From NCBI RefSeq assembly GCF_963921235.1, contig NC_086097.1:81780001-81844000 (forward strand): a DNA stretch of 64,000 nucleotides. The letters run 5' to 3'. The position numbers and the translations under genes are program-made. Origin of the DNA: Mobula hypostoma. Its lineage: Eukaryota. The notes under the pieces were generated by a model. It saw only the letters and a list, made by a program, of their open reading frames with translations. It ran no database searches and had not been told where the DNA came from. Positions 12,037-22,010 of the stretch are shown here, piece after piece (within the stretch, counting starts at the first letter, position 1; the number at the start of each line of letters is the position of its first letter).

Positions 12037-13277
12037 TGTTTTGGAAGCCATTGCTATCAAATGAAGATTTTACACGAATGTTCAAATGTTATTTGTCTTC
12101 CATGTTGATGAGTGAAATTTCATTTGTTTCTCTGTAGAACTGCACACTAATTTGACTTGTACTATTCAGTTCAGAAAGGCACTGAACACAGCATCAGTAC
12201 AGATCAATCCACACAATCAGAATATCAAGCAACATCCAAAAACTCCCTCTTGTTTGCCCCTCACCTTGAAGCTCTCTATGATCCTTAATGGACATTTGTA
12301 AGCCTTCTATCGCTTCATAGAATGAAACATCTGTAAACTTGCCATGTCAGAAGGTCCAGTGAAGTTGCATTAACATTCAAGCTTATTTCTACAGACAAGA
12401 TTGCTTTCTTACCGTCTTAAATAGCTTTCTTTACAGGCCTGTCTTTGTTCTGTTCAACAGTTTCAACAAAAATGCTTTGAAGTGAAGAGCAGCTCTATCA
12501 TGCTGTTCTGAAGGACTTGCATGATTTATCAGAGATGCTAGGGCTCCTGTCTCACCAAACATGGAGGTGAAATGCGTTGCTCTTTTAACAGCACTGATAC
12601 CTATATTCAATGATCAACATGCACTAATCTATTTCTTCTATCCTTAAGTGTGAACTGCAGACTTGAATTTCATTCCATCCTCATCACCAATGTTCTTTAA
12701 GTATTTTCAAGTGGACAGTGGGCACAATAAAACACAGGAAATGTGCGGCTCTTGAAAAGATGTGTCTGATGTATTCAATGTTCTTTTTAAATTTTGCTCA
12801 GTTGCACATTGCAGATATGATCAAACTGATCAAGTTTGTGGTACTACACATATTTATCTACCCTAGGTAAGTGAGATCATTATTGCAATTTACATTTCAA
12901 TAAGTGATACCAACTCTATCTTCTTTCTCTCTGAAAGCACAGCACATATTCAACCAGCTTTCAGTGAACTACAAATTTTTTAAGCAAGAGTGAATGTTTT
13001 AAGAACCACAACAGTATATTTTTATATTACTGTAATGCTACTGTGATATACCACTGTTCCTGTTCTTTGTGATGAAGACTGATAGGAATGAGGTAGCTAA
13101 AGGGAGGGGAAGGACGGGGAGAATTATACTCTGTAGTTTAATTCTTCTTCTAATGATTGACTATGTGATGGCATATGTCAAGTCTGGCATCAATTTACTG
13201 TTTCACTGTAGGCGTATTAATATGCCGCATAGTAAGATCTGAAAAAAATGCTAATATGAAAGATTAAGCCAAAGCTA

Positions 13278-13415
13278 AAAGTTCAAAGTTCAAAGTAAAT
13301 TTATTATCAAAGCATGTATACGGAATGTCACCAGATTCTATCCTGAGATTTATTTTCTTGCAGGCATCACAGTAGATCAAAGAAATACAACAGAATAAAT
13401 GAAAAACTACACAAA
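13278..13415 (-). mobile_element. Rex1/Babar-type 3' tail fragment
   Basis: (AAAGTTC)n followed by TTTATTATCAAAG, as at ~4500, 22011 and 57420. Confidence 0.7.
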
Positions 13416-14343
13416 AGCCAATAATAAAGTCATGAAGACATCACAGATTACATTGAAAAAGATGTTCTTGCTATTGTTGGTGTAGTAACTTGGATACCAA
13501 AAACTCTGCATGACCGAAGTAGCATCTTCATTTCCATTTTGCTCCCAATGATTTATTTTTATCAAATGTCTGCAAAGACCAGATTTATTCTCAGCTCACT
13601 CGTGAGTGAGACTGATAAATTACTCTTGCAGTTTTCGGAAATTCCACTAACATTAAAGAGATACACAATTTCTGGAAAGGAACATCTTACAAAATGGTAC
13701 ATTAGAACAAGAGAAACAAAAGAATGTGAAATGAGTTTCTCCAATTATAAAAATGAAGAGTTTGAGTTGAGACATGCAAGATGTGTTCATTACAATAAGA
13801 GGTTCTGATTATGAATATTGAACTACTCCGCTTTTGCTTATCATTCAGTAACTAGGGAGTTTGATTTAGAAATTTATCTTTGCCAGTTATGCTAAAATGA
13901 ACAATATGATTATACCCAACTTTGAAAATACAGCTCAATTGAAGTCAATTAAACCCAGTGGAATCAAAAAGAAGATACAACCAGTGTTATCATGCATTTT
14001 AGCATTGACTGAGGATGAATTACTAGATGCTGAGTTGTTTTGATTATGACATAAAGAACAAACTGAACAGATTTGTTTTCATCCAGACGATTCAAATATA
14101 CCAGATGAAAGCAGATTCATAATGTTTCTTTTTAAATTGCAATATTAAATATTTGATGGAAAGAAAGAAAGCACAGAGCCATTTCAGAGAACTCATTCGT
14201 AAAGCACAGCAAATTATCTATGTATTTTAATGTGTAAGATTGTACATACTCTGATTTGACAAAAATACTGCACAATATGGTCGAGCACATGCCACCAAAT
14301 TGTTTGAGCTTTTAAAATGCACATGGCAAAGTCAAGCGTAAAA

Positions 14344-14463
14344 ACTAGCTCTTCCTTCAGTTAGTCCTGACGAAGGGTCTCGGCCCGAAACATCGACTGT
14401 ACCTCTTCCTAGAGATGCTGCCTGGCCTGCTGCGTTCACCAGCAACTTTGATGTGTGTTGCTT
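14344..14463 (+). mobile_element. PLE 3'-terminal mini-insertion carrying a hammerhead motif
   Basis: Near-identical to the tails at 6132-6230 and 18800-18908. Possible TSD GTAAAA at 14338-14343 and 14464-14469. Confidence 0.9.
14363..14398 (+). ncRNA. Minimal type I hammerhead ribozyme motif, helix III mutated (GAAACATC)
   Basis: AGTC/GACT stem I, CTGACGA core, GGGT-CTCG-GCCC stem II, GAAA. A CpG>CpA change breaks the ACGT palindrome. Confidence 0.7.
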
Positions 14464-14895
14464 GTAAAAGTAGTAATGCTTTTAATATAAATAGTTGTAT
14501 TTTCAAAATTGTATTTGCTGCTGTTACACTGTCAATGGAAAAGGGAAAAAATGAACTAGAAAATGTCATTTCTGCCCTCTTAACACTTGAGAGCTTCATG
14601 GTCAATGAATAACTTTTGAATTATTGTTAGCAATGTTACGCCCAGAAACAAAAGCATGATAAATAAACGGGTAGCATAAATCACAGTAACCAGTGGCCTA
14701 GACAAAACTGAGCACTTACTGCTCTTCAGATAAATGCACTCAACCAAATATGTTCATTGAAACACTAGCTCCAGAAAACTATTTTAGGGTCTTGGCCATT
14801 TGACCTATTATTCTATAATGCCTCATGTATTATTTGTTAAGTTATCTTTGAAAAACCTTCACATATTTCACTGCATTAGAAGTACTTTATAAATG

Positions 14896-15438
14896 TGTGA
14901 CCCTCAGGTTCGGACAGAATGCATGTGTCTAGGGGAAGACAGCCTCCGGCCCAGCCAAACTTGAGAAATCTTGTTTGTGTGGATGCTGCACGATGTGTTG
15001 CCCGGTTGCAAATTAGTACCACAAATGATCAGACAGTACGCCATATGCAATTGAACAATTGAGCTTTATAATTCTTAATTTGACTATAGGGTTAGTAAAG
15101 AAAACAAAAAGAAAAAGGGCCCATTTTAATAAAACAGTCCAATATGCACGTTGGAGTTCACGGTTTTCCATCCATTCATTCCCATCGAACTCCTCCGAGC
15201 ATTGTCAACCCCTGGGCCCTCAGTCCAAGTCCACTCCATCCTGCGGTCTACCAATTCTCACCACTCGTGTCCTCTCTCTTCATCTCTCACTGACAAAAGA
15301 CCGCGAAATCCCTTCTCTCGGGCACATAAGAAACATTCCGCACATTCCGAAGCCCCCGTTATCTCTAATCGTAACCTAAACTCTGCAGCCACAGAAAAAC
15401 CATTACATTAGCAGTTAACCCTTTCCCAGGGCATTACA
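14896..15438. mobile_element. Solo LTR (family A), 543 bp
   Basis: TG...CA termini, 4-bp TSD AATG (14892-14895, 15439-15442). Homologous to 30885-32533 and 56083-56731. Confidence 0.85.
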
Positions 15439-16989
15439 AATGCAAGTTGTTGTATGTCAGAAGACTAACTATACTCCTCTCCTGTCAAGATGAAAGGATA
15501 ATTGTGGTTGACCGTGATACTGAATGACATATAAAGTGTGCAGGATGATGAAGTCCTTATGCTTGCTTCTGACTGAGGCCCAGTTCTAGGATCTTGCTCA
15601 AAGCTGTGGTGGGGTGGTACAAGCGGCTTCCAAAGTCTGGAGTCCCATTTCTGATCAGAGTCTCGTGATCACTCCTGGGAACCGAATCCTGTGAGACCAG
15701 ACTCACAGAGTCTAGTTCCGCCAGATATGTGCTTCAAAATTTCTCTCACAATTTAAAAAAAAACATAGTTTCAGGTCAGGCTGTAGAGCATATAAAAAAA
15801 TCACTGGAAAATTATTTTAAAATTCACTGAAAATTTAGTATGATATGAGATTATTTGGAGACATTTGAGCCTTCTATGACAGAACAAAGATTGAACACTG
15901 CCCTGTATTTATATCCAGTCACTGTAAAACAGTACACACTCATTTATTTGGAGATCACAGCATTACAGGTTTAAATGATGTTATCTTTTCAGGAGATTGT
16001 GCTGATGTGGAAACATTGCATTAGAAAGGCATGAAGCCTAAACACCTGATAAATGCTGGCACCCAGAACTAATCAGTGGGTAGAAGAGGATGGCTGCTGA
16101 GGGAATCTATAAAGTGATGTAACACAAAGCTTCTCCCGATATAATGCATGTAAAATATTCCGACTTCCCTTTGTTCCAGACAGCATTTTTTCATTCATGA
16201 ACGCACTAGCTTTGTTGTACACTTCTTATTTCTATGCCACATAAATCAAGCGTTGATTCAGTCCTAAGTAAGTATTTCTGCTGCTGCCAGAGCATCAGAC
16301 ATTTAGCTCGCTCTTCAGTTCTGCAATTCTTTGTGATCGCTTGTATTGAAAGATTATCAGCTCATATGAGATTTTGTCAGAGACAATATTTCACAATGCT
16401 AAGGTAATTCTTGGCAGCACTAGCACGGGCTGAAATTGCTCCAAGTGGTTTCTGTTCAATAAGCTCAGCAGTTTAAAGAGATAGCATTGTTTGTCACTGA
16501 AAATCTTTTGACCCGTGCAAATAATGTTATCTAAAAAAATAACATCCTAATTAGAAGAAATCAATATCCCCGTTTAATATTAATGTTGTGATATTACCAG
16601 ATACTCTGCCACTGTTAAGAGCGTTGTTTTTTTTGGGATCATTTTCCAACAGTGCACAACAAGAATCAACTCCACCAATGCAAAAGTGATATCCTATCCT
16701 ACTGTGGTCACAGAGAGCCTGTTGGATCAGTTCCCCTGTCTGAAGTCCCTCTCCACCCAACACCTTCTATGGATGCAGAGGGCTGAACCTCTGTATCTTT
16801 CTGGACAGGACATAGAGTGAATGTAAAATTCCCACCCCGGAAAACTGAGAAAGAGCCAATAAAATGGCAACTGAATTTACCTTCGGTTGTTATGTAGCTA
16901 ACATTCAGACACACCTAAACTATTAAAGGACCCTGGTTAAAAAAAATAGAAAGAGGGGCATAGCAGATAAAGGCAGGCGGGAACCAGTG

Positions 16990-19705
16990 AGGTACTTGAG
17001 TATAAGAAATGCAAGAGAACACTTAAGAAGAAAATCAGGAGGGCTAAAAGAAGGCATGAGATTGCTCTAGTAGACAAAGCAAAAGAGAATCTCAGGGGTT
17101 TCTACAGATACATTAGGAACAAAAGAATAGCAAGGGACAAAATGAGTCCTCTGGAAGGTCAGAGTGGTAATCTATGCATGGAGCTGAAAGAGATGGGGAA
17201 GTATTAAATAGATTATCCACTTCTTTTTGGATTCCAGACCTAACCAGTTCCCCTTTACCACCACTCTGCTCCATCTAGCAGAATTAGTCCTTACTCTTAA
17301 TAATTCTTCCTTTGGCTCCTCCCACTTCCTCCAAACTAAAGGTGTAGCCATGGGCACCCGTATGGGTCCCAGCTATGCCTGCCTTTTTGTTGGCTTTGTG
17401 GAAGAATCCATGTTCCAAGCCTTTACTGGTATCTGTCCCCAACTTTTCCATTGCTACATCGACGACTGCATTGGCGCGGCTTCCTGCACGCATGCTGAGC
17501 TCGTTGACTTCATTAACTTTGTCTTCAACTTTCACCCTGCCCTCAAGTTTACCTGGTCCATTTCTGACACCTCCCTCCCCTTTCTTGATCTTTCTGTCTC
17601 CATCTCTGGAGACAGCTTATCTACTGATGTCTACTATAAGCCTACAGACTCTCACAGCTACCTGGACTATTCCTCTTCCCACCCTGTCTCTTGCAAAAAT
17701 GCCATCCCCTTCTCGCAATTCCTCCGTCTCTGCCGCATCTGCTCTCAGGATGAGGCTTTTCGTTCCAGTATGAAGGAGATATCCTCTTTTTTTTAAAGAA
17801 AGGGGCTTCCTTTCCTTCACCATCAACTCTGCCCTCAAACGCATCTCTCCCATTTCACGCACATCTGCTCCCACCCCATCCTCCCGCCACCCCACTAGGA
17901 ATAGGGTTCCCCTGGTCCTCACCTACCACCCCACCAGCCTCCTCGTCCAACATATTATTCTCCATAACTTCTGCCACCTCCAACAGGATCCCACCACTAA
18001 GCACATCTTTCCCTCTCCCCTCTCTCTGCTTTCCGCAGGGATCGCTCCCTACACGACTCCCTTGTCCATTCGTCCCCCCATCCCTTCCCACCGATCTCCC
18101 TCCCGGCACTCATCCTTGAAAGTGGAACAAGTGCTACACATGCCCTTACACTTCCTCCCTTACCACCATTCAGGGCTCCTGACAGTCCTTCCAGGTGAGG
18201 CAACACTTCACCTGTGAGTCAGCTGGGGCGATACACTGTATCCAGTGCTCCCGATGTGGTCTTTTATATATTGGCGCGACCCGACGCAGGTGTTTCACTG
18301 AACGCCTATGCTCTGTCCGCCGGAGAAAACAGGATCTTCCAGTGGCCACACATTTTAATTTCACATCCCATTCCCATTCTGATATGTCTATCCATGGCCT
18401 CCTCCACTGTAAAGATGAAGCCACACTCAGGTTGGAGGAACAACATCTTATCTTCCATCTGGGTAGCCTCCAACCTGATGGCATGAATATTGACTTCTCT
18501 AACTTCTGTTAATGCCCCACTTCCCCTTCGTACCCCATCTGTTATTTATTTATTATTTTTTATTACGGTATTATTAATTTTTTTCTCTCTCCTTTTTCTG
18601 CCTCTATCCTTCTGACTATACCCCTTGCCCATCTTCTGGGTTTCTCCCCTCCCCCTTTCTTTCTCCCAAGGCCTCCCGTCCCATGATCCTCTCATATCCC
18701 TTTTGCCAATCAACTGTCCAGCTCTTGGCTCCATCCCTCCCCTCCTGTCTTCTCCTATCATTTTGGATCTCCCTCTCCCCCTCCCACTTTCAAATCTCTT
18801 ACTTTCTCTTCTTTCAGACGAAGGGTCTCGGCCCGAAACGTCGACTGTACCTCTTCCTATAGATGTTGCCTGGCCTGCTGCGTTCACCAGCAATTTTTAT
18901 GTGTGTTATTTGCATCTGTATTTGTTTAGGAGATAGTCACAGATCTATACATGTGAGGCACTGCAGCAGAAAGCTCGTGGACCCTATGTGGATTACAGAG
19001 GACGAGGTCTTTGCTCTTTCAAGTCAAATTAAAGTGAATAAATCCCCAGGGTCTAACAATGAGTTTCCTTGAATCCTGTAGGAGGCTGGTGCAGAAATTT
19101 CAGGGGCCCTAGCAGAGAAATCTAAAACATCCTTAGGCATGGGTCAGGTGCTAGAGGATTGGAGGATAGCTAATTTGCTCCATTGTTTAAGATAGGCTCT
19201 AAAAGTAAACCAGGAAATTATAGGATGGTGAACCTGACATCAGTAGTGGGAAAGTTATTGGAAAGTATTCTGAAGGACTGGTTATATAAGTATTTGGATA
19301 GACAGGGACTGATTAAGCATGGTCAACACAGCTTTGTATGTGGTAGGTTGAGCGTTTGAAAAAGTTACCAGGAAAGTTGATGAAGGCAAGGCAGTGGATG
19401 TTGTCTACATGGGCTTCAGCAAGGCCTTTGACAAGATCGCACATGGAAGGTTGATCAAGAAGTTGAAGTTGCTTGGCATTCAAGATGAGATAGTAAATTG
19501 GATTAAATATTGGCTTCAAAGAAGAAGTCCGAAGGTAGAAGCTGGTTGCTTCTCTAACTGCAGGCTTGTGACCACTGGCGTGCCACAAGGATTGGTACTA
19601 TCTCTGTTGTTGTTTGTCATCTATATCTATGATAATGTGGCAAAATGGATCTGCAAATTTGTGGATGACGCCAAGACTGGGGAAGCAGTGGACAGAGAGG
19701 AAGAC
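16990..19705 (+). mobile_element. CR1 LINE ORF2 fragment split by a PLE (segments ~16990-17214 and ~18909-19705)
   Basis: ORF 19394-19783 has DVVYMGFSKAFDK, GVPQGLVL and KFVDDAK. The flanks of the PLE rejoin as ..TTAAATAGATT|TTTGCATCTGTATTT.. (LN.FFASVF). Confidence 0.9.
17215..18908 (+). mobile_element. Penelope-like element (Neptune type): 5'-truncated RT, Cys linker, GIY-YIG endonuclease, 3' tail
   Basis: ORF 17227-17796 has QTKGVAMGTRMGPSYA, YIDD, LPFLD and YKPTD. ORF 18195-18512 has IHCIQCSRCGLLYIGAT and LQPDGMN. Frameshifts and stops are present. The hammerhead at 18815-18847 has lost its 5' stem I strand. Confidence 0.95.
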
Positions 19706-19803
19706 TTGCCTTTTACTTTCCTTTTATATTGTATCTCTATTAATTATATAGTTCCAGTAAGATCTATAAATTGTATTCTGTAAATCACATATGGTTTAAT
19801 GTC
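19706..19803 (+). repeat. ~95-bp internal copy of the LTR at 20776-21501, joining two CR1 pieces
   Basis: Matches ~21272-21370 (CCTTTTATATTGTATCTCTATTAATTA.ATAGTTCCAGTAA.ATCTATAAATTGTATTCTGTAAATC). Confidence 0.9.
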
Positions 19804-20000
19804 TAAGTGGTAGGTGCAGGAGGAAGGGCATAAGATTTTTGGATCATTGGGCTCTCTTCCAGGGAAGATAGGACCTGTACAGAAGAAATGAATTGGAAGG
19901 GGACTATTATCCTAGTGGGAAGGTTTTGCAGAGCCGCATGGTGGGGTCTAAAGTAGAGTTGCAGGGAGATGGGAACCAGAGTGCCAGAACAGTCAGTGGA

Positions 20001-20747
20001 TATTCCAATCAAAATGGTGCCTGTGTACAACACTCCTTCGGTCGACATCTCCCAGATAGACCATGAAAAAAAATAGTTCACTTCTTTTATGTGGTTTACA
20101 GTTTTTTTTTATCTTGAATGTAATTCTGGAACTGTTGGAGCCTGTGATTTGCAGTTTGGAGATCGTTTGGGTGTTTCAGCACTCTGCAGCCTCTAGGAGC
20201 ATTCAGGGAGACAGAAGCAGTGTGAGCAAACCTGCTGGTGAGAAGGCTGCAGGACACAAGCTGATGTTTGACTCCATTTCGCCGATTAAAGCAACGAGGG
20301 AGATTGAAATATTGAGGTGAATGCAAAAGGTGGAATGCTGGCTGTCTGCCTTTTGATCACTGGTGGGATCACTCTGTTACAGAGAGGGGACACTGCTTTT
20401 TGATTGCTGCGGGGGAAAGGCTTGCCGCTGTGCCTGGAAAATGTTACCTAGGTTTTCTGTGATTTGGTTATGGACTTGGACGATTGACTTTTTTCAGTCT
20501 TTCAGTTTTTATATTCTGTATTTTTCGCCTGATCTTTCTCATTTTTGTGTGTGATGTTGGGTGGGGGAAAGTTTGGGGTCAATGTACCTGTTCTGTTTTA
20601 TTCATTTTTGTGTGGGGAGGAGAGATTTGGGGGTTGATGATCGTGCTGCTGTTCTTTCCTTTCTTGGTTTCATGACTATCTGGAGAAGAAGAATTTCAGA
20701 GTTGTTTACTTTGATAATAAATGAATCTTTGAACCTTTAAACCTTTG
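20001..20747 (+). mobile_element. Non-autonomous element with AAAATGGTGCC head and Rex/Babar-type (TTTGAAC)n tail
   Basis: 3' end AAGAATTTCAGAGTTG..TTGATAATAAA..TTTGAACCTTT resembles the 3' end of the element at 22011. No ORF. It interrupts the CR1. Confidence 0.7.
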
Positions 20748-20775
20748 AGAGGTTGTGCAGATAGGTGTTGTTAAG

Positions 20776-21501
20776 TGTAGGGGGTTTCTTCTTTTATGTT
20801 ACTGCTAAGGCTAATAAAATGGCTTCTTTGTTATGTTAAAATAAAATGGTGTCTCTGTATTGTTAACTGCTGAGACAGTGGTTCTCTATAGCAGCTTGTT
20901 CTGGGTTATAATTATTGATAACGAGAATTGTATTCATTTGCTAACCAATTGGGATAGATGTTATTCTTTCTTGTGTGTCTGTAAGCTATTGTTTTCTCAG
21001 GCTTTGGGGCAGTTGGCACGATGGGGACAGAGAGAAGCGACGCGATGCTGTAAGCTGGGCGACGGAATGGCCTCCGAGTGGTAGTCTGAGGCCCAGGGTC
21101 TTCGGCAAGGAGAGGAGACGAGGACAGACTCGTGTGGAGCGTCTGGTCGACCACTGTGGTTGGTCCCAGGCGGCAGGTCGAGGGGGTCGGAGGAGATCGG
21201 ATGATGGAAAGAAGACTCCGTTAATTGAGCTCCAACTGTTGTGCATGAAATGGTTGAACTTTGATAAGTTTGGCGCCTTTTTCTTTCCTTTTATATTGTA
21301 TCTCTATTAATTACATAGTTCCAGTAATATCTATAAATTGTATTCTGTAAATCGCATATGGTGTATTGTCTGTTACTTGGCGGGGTGGGGTACATCACAC
21401 AGCATCCTCATAAACTCGATTACAGAGTTTGGCAGGGCCGAAGGCTGCTTCCCCTAGACGGAAGCGAGCTGAGCGAGCCTGAGGCTTATCAGGAGACGAC
21501 A
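20776..21501. mobile_element. Solo LTR (family B), 726 bp
   Basis: TGT...ACA termini, TSD TAAG/TAAA (20772-20775, 21502-21505). CpG-rich interior. Confidence 0.8.
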
Positions 21502-21542
21502 TAAAATTTCAAACAAAGTTTGGAATCAAAAGGTTGAGCATG

Positions 21543-21919
21543 TGTAATGTTATATCAGGTTTGTGGGTCCGGCAAGTGAGACAGGAAATGCACCAACTTT
21601 GAATAGGTATATTAATCATTTATTTACGAACAGTAAAAATTCATGTTCCCCAAGTTACCGACACTACAAAGCTGAATACTTAACAAAGATAAGTACCTTT
21701 AACAAACATACTTAGTTAAAAGTGCGCGCAGAGCACACCTTCCCGATGGTCTTGCCTTAAACAAAGGAAGAAGAGAGCAAGCCCATTCCACGTGCTGTTT
21801 TATACACCCAGGATATTTGAAACTGGACACCAGGCATCTATCCAATGGGAGAACCCGGGCACCTTCTAAAGTAACCAATCACTTTTGACAATCAGAATAA
21901 GGCACACCCCCAGAGGGCA
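21543..21919. mobile_element. Solo LTR-like insertion (family C), 377 bp
   Basis: TG...CA termini, 5-bp TSD GCATG (21538-21542, 21920-21924). Confidence 0.7.
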
Positions 21920-22010
21920 GCATGGTACAACTAGTGCCTGGGCTGCGTATATTTCAATGCAAGAAGTATTGTAGGAAAGGCTCAAGGCATGGATCAATAC
22001 CTGGAATGAT

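Noticed and set aside
12138..12866. Plus-strand AG..GT exon-like segments (12138-12297, 12814-12866)
   Set aside because: Open frames exist but the peptides are unrecognisable and cannot be linked into a gene without RNA data.
16551..16914. Overlapping short ORFs on both strands
   Set aside because: No known protein motif in any frame I translated.
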